Part shown: piece after piece, positions 44,115 to 59,488 of the stretch
How the letters are laid out: every line of letters starts with the position of its first letter
Numbering within the stretch: position 1 is the first letter of the stretch
Source: the human T2T-CHM13v2.0 reference genome, Homo sapiens
Length of the DNA stretch: 64,000 bases
Direction: 5' to 3' (one strand)
Assembly (NCBI RefSeq): GCF_009914755.1
Contig: NC_060925.1
The notes under the pieces: generated by a model
Told to the model about the DNA's origin: nothing
What the model saw: the letters and a program-made list of their open reading frames with translations, nothing else
Databases searched by the model: none
Program-made: the position numbers and the translations under genes

Positions 44115-46513
44115 CAACTGCTAAATCTTGACTTTAAGAGGGGTTTCGTGAAAGCACAGGCTCCGACTGTTAGCTGTGAATTTTAAAGACCCCACAAGGG
44201 TGTTGGATGCCCTCCTAAGCTAGAAGTGTTACAGTCTCTGCATCTGCTGTGACAGATGGTGGGAACGCAAGAGGCGCCGACTCCATGGTGGTGTACATAG
44301 GACTCCAACGGAGAGACGTGTCATGGTACGGAGGAGAGCCCAGCCAGACAGAGTGTGCCCTGCAGGAGCACTCATGCAACCACACTGTGAAAAAGAAAAG
44401 GCCCTGAAAGGTAGTTGGTGCAGGGTCTGGAGACAGCTGCACTTGATCTGTGCTTGGTACCCTGACAGTAGACGCCTCGAGGTACCTTGGATGATGGACA
44501 GTGCTTTTGGTCACTTCCCATTCTACAGCTGAAGGACTGAGGCATAAATCTCATTCAAAGATTAAAGAAAAACCTTGAAGCTAGGGGTCCTCAGACATGG
44601 CTGGGCTCACCATAAGTTCTCCATGAGGAAAATGCAGATTAAGGCCAAATGCCCTCAACCGCTTCTATGCTTCAGGAAGGGGTTGGCTTTTATGAAATAA
44701 AATTGGGTGTGCTCCTTCTAAAAAGGGAAATCTTTGTAAGATATCTGACTTGGGTATTATCTAATTGTTTGATCTCCCTTCCCAGCAGAGACATCAGAAA
44801 GGAGGCAAGTCCAGGGTCAAATAGCCCCAAGCAACTCTGGGAAGGGAGTCAGAGGGAAGTGTGCCAAAAGAACATCCTAAAGGAAGGTGCTTTAATGGAG
44901 TTACAGAACGGAGTGTAGCATGTGTTAGCAATCCAGGTATCAGGAACAAAATCGGGACTGAGCTACCCTGCCAAATTAGGTAAAAATCCAAACCAACCAA
45001 TCAGCCAACCAACCAACCAACAAACAAACAAAAACAGGGAAGGTTAGAGAGAGAGACAGCGGTTCAGAGCAAGCAAAGAAGAGGGCAGCTGGTTTGAGTC
45101 TGGGAAGTGGGTCGAATGCCCCTCAACAGGTTTACACATTTCCACATGGTTGGGTCTGGCCTATGGAAAGACCTGGGACAGAAGAGATTTCAGTGAACGT
45201 CTTGGATAAAGATTAAAACTTAATTTAGCTGGGAAGCCTATGCTCCTTGCAGAACCATAAAAGCTACATATCTTGAAAAGGGCAATGAGGGGTCTGTGGC
45301 CAGGATTGATGGGGGCTGTGAAATAAAGCAGGTGTGTGAAGCCAACAGCTGTCCATATGGCAGAATGAAGGCCAGGGAGAGAGGAAAGAGAAAGGTCACT
45401 GAAACCAGGTAGTCTGTGTCTCCATCAAAAACACAAAACCAAAACAATCAAACAAACATACAACCATAACAAAAAAACCCTTGCAAAGCGCAGGGAAAGT
45501 CAACCTCTGGCTGGATCCAGGGAGCATTAAGCCATGCAGCCCTAGTGTTTTGCTGTTAGCCCCACTTAACCAGAGGCACACCTGGGGTTACAAACCTGGG
45601 GACATATGGGAGAGAATGTCAGGGTGCAGTTGGCAAAGGGGGCTAACAGCAAAGCATCAGGGGGCTGGGGCTCTGCTGCAGCCACATAGAAGTGAAACAA
45701 TTCTAAGCCTTCTGTCTTAGTTCCTTTCCTGCAGCTTGAGCAGTGGGGACAGGAGTGTGAGTTCTGAGTCAGGCAGCCTGAGTTTGAAGTCCAGCTAGGT
45801 CATTAACTAGGTAAGTGATCTTGGGCAGATAAGTCAACAACTCTGTAAAATGGGAATAAGAGTACCATCTACTTCATAGTGTTACAGTGAAGCTCCAATT
45901 ACGTAATCTAAGTAAAGCACAATGCTTGACACACAGTGAGCTCTCAAACATCACCTATCCTTATTTTTACCGAAAACCATTTTTTTCCTAGGTATTTCCC
46001 ACTGGTCTCCCCTGACCTGGAAGGGCACACAGTAGGCTTTCTGAAATTGTCAATGCAATGAACCTAATTTACATGCATGCTGAATTACCAGACAGCCAAA
46101 TGATAAAAACATAAATTGTTATAGAATGAGAACTGTTAGAAGAGGTCACAGTGCTCAGCAGAAGATTGGGAATGGCAGGCATACCTTGGGGTACCAGCCT
46201 ACCATTTCTCAAGTGCATCCAAGTTCAAATTGGAAAGCCTTTGGGCACTTGATGATCTTAAGAACAGTTGCTAGTGCTGAGTATATCCCATGCATTGGGC
46301 TGAGTGCTCTAGGTATATTACATCCCTCCCAGGTAGCATGTTGCTAGAATAGAAATACAGAGGGAGGCTGGAATGAAAAACAGATCAGCAAGTATTCTCC
46401 AGCTCCAGTTCTTCCATAGATTCCTGATACATCTTTGAAAAGTCTATAAATTGCACAAGGAGGATATAAAGAGGGAGCAAAACAATGCTTTTTCTTTCTA
46501 TTTTTGTATTGTC

Positions 46514-46824
46514 TTTTTATTCTATTTATTTATTTATTTGAGACAGGGTCTCATTCTGTCACTGTGGCTGGAGTGCAATGGTGCAATCTCGGCTCACTGC
46601 AGCCTCGACCTCCCAGACTCAGGCAATCTTTTTGCCTCAGCCTCCTGAGTAGCTAGAACTACAGGTGTTGCACCACCATGCCTGTTTAATTTTTTGTATT
46701 TTTATTAGAGATGGGGTTTATGCCATGTTGTCCAGGCTGATCTTGAATTCCTGGGCTCAAGCAATCTGCCTCCCTTAGCCTCCCAAAGTGCTGGGATTAT
46801 AGGTGTGAGCTGCCACGCCTGGCC
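46514..46824 (-). mobile_element. AluJ-like
   Basis: (TTTA)n tail; cactgcagcctcgacctcc and cctgggctcaagcaatc are AluJ diagnostics. Confidence 0.93.
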
Positions 46825-46845
46825 TATCTTTTCTCTCCTTCCTTA

Positions 46846-47357
46846 GTGTATAAGTTTTCTATTCCTACAGTAAAAGCATACCACAAAGAAAGTGGTTTAA
46901 AACAACATACATTTATTATCTTACCAGAAGTTTAACATGAGTTTCACTGGGCTAAAATCAAGGCGTCTATAGAGCTATGTTGCCTTCTGGAGGCACCCGG
47001 GAGAATCTATTTTCTGTGTTCTTGCCTTTTCCAGCTTCTAGAGGCTGCTGACATTCCTTGGCTCATGCCTCCTTCCTCCATATTCAAAGTCTGTAATGGC
47101 TGCTTGAGTCCTCCTCACATCACCTCACTCTGACCTCCTTTTCTGCCTCCCTATTTCACTTCTAAGAATGCTTGTGATTACATTTTGACCACTCAGATAA
47201 TCTTCCCCCCAAATCTCCCTGTTTTAAAGCCAGTTGTTTAGCAACCTCCATTCCATATGCATCACTAATTCTCCTTTGCCATGTAACGTGACACATTCAC
47301 AGGTCCTGGAGATGAGAATGTGGACATTTTTGGGAGTGCATTATTGTGTCTCTCACA
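46846..47357 (-). mobile_element. MaLR LTR (MLT1D-like)
   Basis: gtggtttaaaacaacatacatttattatctta...ctgggctaaaatcaagg...ttttccagcttctagaggctgc. Confidence 0.85.
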
Positions 47358-49254
47358 CCTGGTGTTCTGAAGCATGGTGCAGGTGACAGGTAAACAGAGA
47401 CTCACTTGGGGATGCTCTTAGGAAGGATGCCTGAGGAGAGCTCTGGCACCAGGAGGCTGCTCCTTTGCAGTGACTGAGCATCTGTGTTTGTGTGTTTGTG
47501 TGTGTGTGTGTGTAAAAGTACACAAGTGCACTGCACAGCTCCATGCATCCATATGGGCAGACCCCTCAGTATGGCTGGGAAAGCACATGTCCCAACACTA
47601 TGACATTTCCAAGTAAGCTAGCTAGAGGATTTCAAAAATAACGTCGACTTGACTTGAAGCCAATTCCCACACTCAGCTCTTTGGAGAAAGGCTCTGGGAT
47701 AGAGTGTGGGAGGCGATAAAGTTTCTTACTGATGAGCATGTGGGATGACCACATCACCAATGCTTTCCAATTCCAGCATTCATGAAAATGAGAGTCTTTG
47801 CAGTATTGTTTCTCAGCTGCTATCCAAAATGAAGATGCTGCACCTTAGTTTTGTCTTGGGGTTTGGGAGATTATTTTTAGTCTTCCTCTGTGTCTTTCCA
47901 ATTGGAAATTCATTCATTGTCACAGACATTGAGAAGCTATTAGCAGGGGAGGGGCTTCCCAAAGTCATTTTCAGCAGGGATTAGAAATGAGACATCTGGA
48001 AGGGACTGAAGAGTTGATGGGAGAGCTTTGCTGTAGACAAGCAGCTTCCTGGCACATGGAACAGTAATGCTTAGTAATGGTTGTTTTTTAAATAGTTTTG
48101 AATGACAACTATGTTGGATCTGACATGTCTGGGGAAATTAAGCAACCTTTATAATCCCACCTTTGCAGATTTCATGATAAATAAAACACAGACTCTGCTT
48201 TAGGTAGCTGTGGGACTTTGGGCAAATCGTGTAACTTCTTAAGGAATTCAAATGTGAATGTAAAGCATAGAGGCAGTTTATCATTGAGACCCCTCCAAGC
48301 CTAAAGCACCAATCCCTTCTTTTCACATGTAACTGAAGGTGTGCTTCCTTTTCTTTAAAATCCAAGTAGGAGCATCCAAAGCTCCCCCCGGGGATCAAGC
48401 TTCTCTCAGAAGTGAGTTTAACAACTGAGATTGTCCCAAATCCTTCCAATCCAAGCCAGCTGGAGAACTAGGGTACCAGAGACTAGCTCAGTTGCATGGA
48501 GAGCCCCCACCTCTGAGATTAGCTCTTTTTAATTTCTCCCAAGCATACTAGCTTTTGGGCATGGTACACAGCCCATCTGTTTGGTTTGGTGTTTGCCTGA
48601 CAGCGTGGGAGGAGCAGCAAGTAAGCACAGTCTTAGACTTCAGATGTTTAAAATGTTGTACTTTCTCCTCCATATGGGGGCCTAGAATCTCTGTGATGGG
48701 CCCACATAAAACAACTTTAACACCTAAGATGGTGAATTTTAGATGTTTCAGTTACCTGCTACTCTCCCAGAGGGATCTAGTCATAGATTATAACAGAAGT
48801 AAGGGCTAGATATCTTAGACTCATCCTCTATTAAGATCTCTCTACCTCAGCACCTGAAGAAGATGCGAGTGTGGTGGGCTGGGGTAGAGGGGGTTGGCGG
48901 GGGGTGGCTGCACATGCTGTACAAAAAGCTTCAGGGGTTGGGCCCCAACTCCAGCAACGTTTAGCTTGGGAATCTTAGATATCACTTTAACGCTTTCCTT
49001 TGCTCTAAGGGATCATACTACTTTGGGAAGGATCTATTTGTGGTACTCAATTTACCAAAAACAAGCCATCATAGAGACTACTGTAGGTGAATGTCTTCTT
49101 CAGTGAAAGTGCAAAGCAAACTGAAATAAGAGATCCATGCTCCTGGCTTTGTTGGAACCCAAGGAGCAATGGGAGAGCTCTAATTCATGCCACACTAGAA
49201 TTTGAACCCTCCCTCAGGGAAACCCCAGCTCCATTTGATAGTATAACAGACTTG

Positions 49255-49740
49255 AAGACGTTCCTACTCTTTGACCCAGTACTCTCTCACTAAGATTTAT
49301 CTGAAGAAAATAACTTCAAATGTGTCCAGCATTTATGTGTAAAGATGTTCATTTTAATAGTATTTATAAAAATAAAAATTTAAAGCATCCTAAATGTCAA
49401 ATAATAGGGGACTGTTTAAATGAGCTATGATATAGACATACAACGGAATACCAAATGGCCATTAAAATTATGTGTTTGAGGATTATTTAATGATTCTGGA
49501 AAAGTTATGATGGAATGTTAAGTGAAAAAAGCAGGAGAACTCTACTAGACTTAGTATGCTTCTAGGAAGCCCTTAAAAATCATGCATAGTAAAGAGACTG
49601 GAAGGGAGGACATTAAAATTTTAAAAGTGACTTATCCAGGAGATAGAAATATTGATGATTATCATTTTCTTCTATAAACTTTTCTAATTTTTAAAAAGTT
49701 TTCTACAATAAACATGCATTAATTTTATCATCATAAAATG
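49255..49740 (+). mobile_element. Old L1ME 3' fragment
   Basis: aaagatgttcat...cctaaatgtcaaataatagggga...ttaagtgaaaaaagcagg. Confidence 0.7.
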
Positions 49741-49876
49741 TCTAGCCCCAGTATTTAAATATCCCCTGACTATGGGATAAATGGGTTATGGAAGTCATCC
49801 TAAAACTGAGTTTTCTGGCTTGGGACTACAGTTAGTATCCTTCCAAGTCTTCTGCCAGAAAATGACCACAGTTTTA

Positions 49877-50308
<432 letters not shown>

Positions 50309-51151
50309 TCAGAGATCCTAACTCTCACCATTCCTAGCCCATCATTAGCCCCAGAGCAAGGGATCAGCAGACAGAGGCTGGGCCATCACTTGGACCTCTG
50401 TGAGGCCAGACATTGAACTCTCCAGCAATGGAGTCCCCTGCTGCCTTGCTCCATTCCGTCTTTCCAGGGAGTTCCTAAGGAACACAGGGACAGAGGAGCC
50501 CTGTGATGGCCATGGCATGGCTCCATCAGACCCAGCCACAGGCACTGGCACTCCTCCAAAGAACAGGGGCTGCTGCCTGTCTTCACGTGCTATGAGAATT
50601 GCAGGCCCTCTAACACTGCGTGAACAGTCCCCACCTGTTTCCAGCCTTACAGCAACTCAGAGAACAGACATTAACAAGTCAATTAGGTGCTCTGGGCTTA
50701 AATGATTCAGGGACTCTCAGAACCTATATCACTCCCTCATTATATTGGGGTCCCCCTGGATGAAAGTAAATTATTACTTCTGAGTTCTAGGCTTACAGCA
50801 AGTTACTGCAATTAGGAATTTCTCACCCAGGCATACAAAACCAAAGCATGGCTAATTCTTAAACACCTCTACTACTCCACTTAGCTTTTTCCTTTTCAAA
50901 GGCTAAGGGAGTCTTGGTGCCTTCCTTCCTCTAGCCAGTGGGCTGTGCATTTCTCTCAAAGACAGAGACGTATTAAAAACAAACAAAAATGGGAGATGGC
51001 ATAGAGAAGAAGAGGTGATCACTTTAGTTTATTTTTTAACCTGTGTTCTAAGTTCATCTATGGGCAATACAATTGTATCCTCATCCTTACTTATTTCAGT
51101 TTGGTTTTCCCCCGGTAGAGTAATAGGTAACAGTGACTCCTGTCTTCTCTA

Positions 51152-51478
<327 letters not shown>

Positions 51479-53147
51479 CTAGCCCATGGAGGGAACTGTC
51501 TCTGGCTGCATGACCTCAGTGACCTTCTTCCTCACAGACACCATGCCATCAGTTGGAGTCAGAGGGGACTTGGCCAACTGGTGGCCCTCCAGGTCAATAA
51601 TAGTCTGTTGGCCATTTTCACTCTTCCTGGGCCAAGTTCACAGGAGAAATCATAGAGGGGGCATTCTCTTCCCTAGTCGCCTTACTAAGCTCCAGGCTTT
51701 TGCCAAGGGTGGGCGGGATGCTTTAATCCCACACTATACCTCCCATCGCTCTTCACAGAGGGCATTCTGCACAGAGCAACTCCACCCCCATAGTGCACAC
51801 TGCTGCTCCAGGAGGAACTTCCTGAGCTGGAAGAGCTTGTGCTTACTCTATGGGCAAGACTCCTACCAAGTGACTCTTACTCTGTGGGACCTGGAATGAG
51901 GAAAATGAGGAATGTCTGCTCTGTATGAGCAGACAACATTGTCACACCAGGATGCTCTCCACAGTCCTGGAATCATTGGAGGAAATAATCATTGCTGAGG
52001 ATTAAGAAACACTCCTGGGGAGGTGGAAATAGGGATAGGGAGGGAAGAGTGTTTTGTTTCTTTATTTTTTTTGTACCATTGTTATTTTTTTTTAATTTTT
52101 TGTTTCTTGGCTTTTTTTTTTCCTGTTGGGGAGAAGACGAAATGCCATTAAGCAGGGGAGCCTTATGCTTATGGAAGCAGAACAGATGTGGGAAAGTAAG
52201 AAAGCAAGACGACAGAATGTGTGGGTCTTTTGGAATTTTCTTCTGCTCTGTGTTAATACTTATTATTGATAGCAATAAAAGGTTTCCATTAAGGCAGACA
52301 CTGTGCTGAGTTTTTTTACGTACCTTATTTTATTTTTAATATTTGCTTTCTTACAATAAGCCTATGAGTCTGTATGGGAACCACCCACTTTACAGATAAG
52401 GAAAATAGATCTGTAAGAGTTGACGCTCCTTGTGGCAATTAACACTTATGAAGTGATGATTGTGTGTCAGGCTCCAGTGCTCAGGGTTTGATGTGGCTCG
52501 CATCATTGACTAGTGTCCCCAGTCTTAGGAGGCAGCTCCCCTGGAGGAATAGAGGGTTAGAGAGGCTGGAGAGCATGCCTAGTCCCAGGAAACTACTAAG
52601 GTGTGGAGCCAGATAAAAATGCAGATCCAGGTGAGGTTTCAGGACACAGGAACAATGCACTACTCAGTCTTTGGGCCCAGTGGTGCCTTTGGAACTGATG
52701 TCCTCAGGAACACAGGGATGAGTTTTTGGTTTATGGATATACTTGTCCTTTAGGGGAGCAGTTTCCTCTGGGTGCATGTGTTGGCAGTAGCTGGAAAGGA
52801 TAGACTTGAGGGCAGAAGGTAGTCTCTGGGTCCTCTGTCCTTGATAGATGGAAATATTCTGTGCATGTTACTATCCTTTCATAATACAGTCTATTTTCCT
52901 ACGCTTACAGGTTTCCAGCCCAGCCCAGGCCTCAGATGCAGATCCACCTTCTCTCAAAACCTCACTACCTCCTCTCACCACCTTCTCTCAAACCCTGCTC
53001 CTCCAACTACTTCCATTGCCCAGCCAATGGCACTGCCACACATTTGGTTGCTCAAATTTAAAAACTCCATTATATCCAACTCTTTTCTCTTGCTTACAAG
53101 CCACACCCCCACCCTGCCCTCACCAATGCCATTAAATCTTTGTCTCT

Positions 53148-53387
53148 TTAGGGTATGTTCCCAGCAGTGGGATTGCTGGGTCATATGGCAGCTGTATTTT
53201 TAGTCTTCTGAGGGACTTCCAGACTGTTCTTCATAGTGGTTGTACCAATTTACATTCCCACCGCAGTGTACAAGGGTTCCCTTTTCTCCACATCCTCACC
53301 AGTGTTTGTGATTGCCTGTCTTTGGATAAAAGCCATTTTAACTGGGGTTAGATGATATCTCATTGTAGTTTTGATTTGCGTTTCTCT
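53148..53387 (-). mobile_element. Internal L1MA-like fragment embedded in an L2
   Basis: cccagcagtgggattgctgggtcatatgg...gatgatatctcattgtagttttgatttgc; ORF segment QIKTTMRYHLTPVKMAFI is L1 ORF2 C-terminus. Confidence 0.9.
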
Positions 53388-54348
53388 CATTTTGTGTCCA
53401 AAACTTATCTGGCCTCCATTCTTTCCATCCCTCCCTACCCATATCATCTTATATCTAAACTGAAGCAGAAGCCATCCACCTGTTCCCCTGCCTCAAGCTC
53501 ACCCTGCTGTCACCTATCCTGCATGTTGTCCCTGGGAGGATCCTTCATGGAGGAGAGCAGACCAGGATGTTGCTCTTTTGTCAGGTCCAAGGCCCTTGGA
53601 ATCAAGCTCATGTACTTTCTGGCTTCTGCTGATCTTCTAACATTATTTCCTAAGAAAACCACAAACCTGCACCCTAAGCTCTATTCTAGTAAACATTTTA
53701 CTGCTCCCTGACAAGACCATCATAGTTTATGTCTCAGTGACTTTGCACAGATTATTTCCTCCTCCACAGAAGGCCATTTTGTCACCTTGTCAGCCTGGTA
53801 TACACCTACTCTTCAAGTCTCAGCTCAAACAACATCTCCCTGTAAACACTTCCCTGAAACCTCCAAGAACAGATTCTCACTGATTCCTTGGTGTTCTAGC
53901 CCTTGGTGCTATAAGGTGTGATAAGAGCTGTTAGAGCTCTTATCACATAGAATCATCACTGTTTACAGGCAATTGCCACTGCTCTCATGTGATTTCAATG
54001 ACTTGCTACGGATATTCCTGACTCTATGGTCTTTCTGCATCATCGACCCATAATCCAGCATCTCTACCTGGTTTCAGAACCTCCAATGGTTCCTTACACC
54101 CCACTGAGGCAAGCAGAAACTCAGTCACATGGCATGTGCATGGTCCTTTGTTAGCCATTTTCCAGCCTCATCCTTACCATCTCGTGTGCGTATATATTTA
54201 TAACTTGATGACAGCTGCCATATTGAACGACTTTTACTTCCTTTAAAACACCATGTTCTTTTGTCCCTTCAAGGCTTTTTATGTGCCATTTTCCTTTACT
54301 GAAATGCCCTTATCCTAGACTTCTTCTCCTCTTTTGAGAAACCCAGTA

Positions 54349-54349
<1 letters not shown>

Positions 54350-54410
<61 letters not shown>

Positions 54411-54424
54411 ATATACATATATAT
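54350..54424. repeat. (TG)~26 followed by (TA)n microsatellite
   Basis: Directly visible. Confidence 0.97.
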
Positions 54425-56001
54425 AAAACCTAGTTCTAATTACTTTCTCCTTTTTCGCCTCCCATTGCTTTCAGGTAGGATTAACTGTCCTCTCTTCTGA
54501 GTACTCTCTTCACTTTATTTATATTATTAAATTAAGCCTTATCACTGGGCCATATTTTCATGTTTCTACCACCTATCACAAACCTGACCCACAGCAGGTG
54601 GGTTATAAAATGTTTTTGCTGCACTGATGGATATATCCAATCCAATTCAACAAACACTTACAAGCATCTGTTACAGGAAAAATCCTTCACTAGGCACTTT
54701 GGAAAAATAAATTAGGCATTCCCCACCCCTAAGAAGCTTACAGTCTGGTTAATAGCGTAAAAAGTTGATGCATTAGGAGACCTTGGTATTTAAAAGGAAC
54801 AGTTTCATGCTGTCGAGAAACTAATTCATTACCATGGATTTTTCTGAAACAAGACTTTATTAAAGCAGGACACACCCTGCTTTGATTAGGCCTGGATTAG
54901 CTGGGCCTAGGTTGGGTATCCACTGTCTAAAATTTGTAATAAGTATCAAGGGAGATTGGGAGACCCTAATCCACATTCTCGCCTCACAGAACCTGGCCAT
55001 TCAATATTAGAATACCCAGAGCCACAATGATCTCTTGAGAAAAATGATGGAAAAACTTTTATTATACTGATAGTAGTTAAGCCTATAGAAACTGGAATTT
55101 ATAATCAAAAGGGCTTCTTCAAATCTCTGGGAAGAACACCTGTTATGAAGGGAATTCAAGTGGAGGTACGAGAGAATAAAAATGTATATGTCTTTCAGGA
55201 GACACTGGTTGACTATTGGTTGAGGAAATTGTTATGGAATGTATTACAAGGAGATGCCACTCAAATATCCTCTACTGTATCTTACAGGGACGCTGCCTAA
55301 AATTCTTTAAGATGGGGCACTGTATAAATATGGGGCTGCATGATGGAGAGTTCTAACAGCAACAATAGGGATTTCATAGTGCTTTAGCAATCTCCAAAAA
55401 GGCACATTTTAATATAATTTAATCCTGATAAAGCTCTATGTTCTACGCACAAGGTATTGTTAACTCATTTGACATGTGAGTAAACTGAAGGTCAGAGAAC
55501 TTGTTGTTCTTATCCAGTACCACACAGCAAATAACTGGTAAAGCTGACCGGCGCTTGTGCTCCGAACTCCGCTGGTGTGGTGGTGATACAAGTGAAGTCA
55601 GAGGCAGTGGGAGCTGTGGCCGGAATAGCCACAGTTGAAGCCACTGATCATGACAGTGAAGTGGCACACAGTGGCTGCGTGGAAGGACAGCTCTGTCCAC
55701 GTGGAGGAGAATGGATTAGCCACCTTAACCCTGCCAGGGGAAAGGAAGGAACTGGGAGGCTCGGGGTCCTGTGATTCTACCAGGCAGGGGCTTAAAGGTC
55801 AAAGACAATTACACAGATTTTCAGGCCATAGATCATTCCTCAACTACACTGCCCCCAATCCTTGCCTAGCACAAACCCAAGGCCAATGTGGTAGAGGAAG
55901 CAGGGGTACATATAGTATCCATCTTTTCACATACAACACACTTTATTAACTTTGTTTGTCTGAACAGCAAAATATGACTCCTGAGTCTTCCAGAAGAAAT
56001 T

Positions 56002-56084
56002 GAGAGTCATCTGACCAAGAAATAGCCTTTCAAACAATTTGGAAACTTGTTTGAGAGTGCCATTATCTGGGAGAGATGATTCTC
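56002..56084 (-). ncRNA. MIR488: pre-miR-488 hairpin (83 nt); 5p arm about 56051-56071 CCCAGAUAAUGGCACUCUCAA, 3p arm about 56013-56033 UUGAAAGGCUAUUUCUUGGUC
   Basis: Minus strand reads GAGAAUCAUCUCUCCCAGAUAAUGGCACUCUCAAACAAGUUUCCAAAUUGUUUGAAAGGCUAUUUCUUGGUCAGAUGACUCUC; self-complementary arms (GAGAAUCAUCU/AGAUGACUCUC, UCAAACAA/UUGUUUGA); matches remembered miR-488, a known ASTN1-intronic miRNA. Confidence 0.96.
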
Positions 56085-56243
56085 TGAAATTTTCCACTCT
56101 AGGCTCTTCTTTCTTCCTTAGGAGGAAACACCAGTTGTGGTCCAAAAATTCTTCTTGCAGAAACTGGTTTTGTTCCATAGAGCCCACAACCCAACCCAAC
56201 ACCTCTTCGCCTTCCCCCGCCTCCCTCACTCCCAGATCCTTTA

Positions 56244-56414
<171 letters not shown>

Positions 56415-56739
56415 TCAGTTCTGGTTTCATGACACCAAACCTTTGGGCAAGTTCAATGGGAAAATCAACAAAAATGAAAGTAAGCTGACTGATAATCTGG
56501 GAGAAATAGCCAAGGGGGTTGGGGCTTCCTCATACACGGATATGTTGGAGAAGTAGACCATTGGGACAGCAATCACTGGAGCTCTACCCTGCCCCACCCA
56601 CTTCCCTCTGACTAGGGCCATTTCTGGCACCTATCTGCCAGAGAGGACCTCCAGGGAAAGTGGGTGGAATAGGAAGAAAGGGAAATTTCCCTCATTACAG
56701 GTTATGATTCTGTTAATATGAGACTATCTAAGAGGTATA

Positions 56740-57365
56740 GGAAATTACATCTTTGTGTTTTTTCTGGCTCTAGAATTATATATATTTAATACAAAAAAGA
56801 CAGAATAGAATAAAGGAAATGCACAAAACTATGTAAAGGGAACAATTCTAATGCCCTCTAAATCCTTTAAATCAGAGATAAACTCTGCTAACATTTCATG
56901 TGTATACTCTCTGGCTTTTACTGACACAGAAACAGGTAAAGGTTTTTTAATCTCTCTTTAAAAATGACATTATGCTGTATCTTCTATTTTATAACTTCAT
57001 TTTTTTTCCCATTTAATAGATGGGTGGGCAACTTTCCATATTAACAAATATAGATCTATATTGTTTCAAATGGCTGCATGGTAAGTGCTGGACAGCAGAC
57101 AGATGTGCTAGGTAGTTAACCAATTCCCTGTTGATGGACATTTAAGCTATTTCCAATTTTTCACTTGTTTAAACAATGCTGTGATGAACGGCCTTTTACA
57201 CACTTCTTTGCACACTTGTCCAATTATTTCCTAAGAATAGACTCTTGTTGGTGAAATTACTTGGTCAAAAGGTTTGCACATTTACATTTTTTTGGTAAGT
57301 AGCATTTAACTGGCCTCCAGAAAGGCTGTGCCAGGGCATACCCTCTCCAGCCACGCATGAGAGAA
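56740..57365 (-). mobile_element. Old L1ME fragment between exons 4 and 5
   Basis: caattccctgttgatggacatttaagctatttccaattttt...aacaatgctgtgatgaac. Confidence 0.75.
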
Positions 57366-57433
57366 TGGGTAGAAGATATTAATGGCCCTGCCTCTACCAA
57401 TATGAAGGAATCCACCCACGAGCCCTAATGTCA

Positions 57434-57751
<318 letters not shown>

Positions 57752-59032
57752 TTATTTCTGAGGGACTGCAAAGTTATGGGAGAAGCAGTGAAGTCAGGGA
57801 ACTACAACTGAAAATCCAATTCAACTATTATTATATTATGTATTATAATATTCTGTATTGATAAGGTCAGCACTTGTAACCCTTTGGCTAAATACAGACT
57901 GCAGATTTCTTTATTTTTGGTCAGCACAGAGTTTTAAAAGAATTTGAATTTGTGTGCATTCAGGCAGAACATGCCCCTTCTCTTTCATCACAGTCTGCGC
58001 CATTCCGTATTGTCTGACCTCTTCTCTGCTTCAAATATCTGTGTTATCTGTTGGCCTCCTAAAGGCATTTGAGTTGATAATAACCCCTGAGTACCATATG
58101 TCTACTTTGTGGGCTTAGCACTACACCAGGTGTTATGGTCAATATGAAGAGATGTTGATGATATGTCCCCCATATTCTCAAGGAATTTTCAGGCTTTAAA
58201 TCTCATTAGAAATTGGCTCTTCATGTAGAATGTCTTGTAGAGAACAAGCAGAATAAAAACCTCTATGTGATTCCACTTTTTCAAGCCCCACTGAAAGTCT
58301 ATATATAGTAAGCAACATTCAGCATCAAACATGTCTTCCTCAAAGATAATTGGGCAGTTCTTTGAAGGATCACTGTCAAGGGTTTATCTATGGAGATTTG
58401 CTGATTCATAGAAGTTTTAAAGAGAAATAGGCAGATTACTGTAAAGGAAGAGTGCAGTCTTTCTCTCTCTGCAGTTTTTGACCCTAATCTTGTTCATCTG
58501 GATTAGTTCTTCCAGTCAGTGTCTCCATAGATACACAATGCATCTGGGGTCTGATACCATGATTGCAATCCTTCATTTTCTTTGAAGAAGTGCATCCCTT
58601 GTAGAGAGCACAGAGGCATGAGCAAGATAAACATAAAGAAAACACCCCAGGCCCAATTCTCAGGAGTCATAGGAAAAAGCAGATACCACTGTCCCCTCCG
58701 CTTCAATGGAGAATTAAATTGCCTAAGCAAGTATAAAATATACAAGAAGTCATATACACATGTTCATTTTTCTTGCTATCTCATTTCCCAGAGGGTTGCT
58801 CATTACATACTAAAATGGCTCTAACTCACTCCTCTGTTGAACGTTAAAGTATGTTGCTTCCAGTGCCTGGTGGAAGTGAAAGAAGATCCAATTTACACGG
58901 TTCTTCTGGTTTTCTAGATTAGAAAACAGCTCCCATCATCTCAGGAAACAGGTTATTCTTGCCTATCTAGGGAAGGGCACTGCCACATCACACTATGTAG
59001 GACAACCAGCTGTTGTCACACAGCTGTTCCTA

Positions 59033-59488
<456 letters not shown>

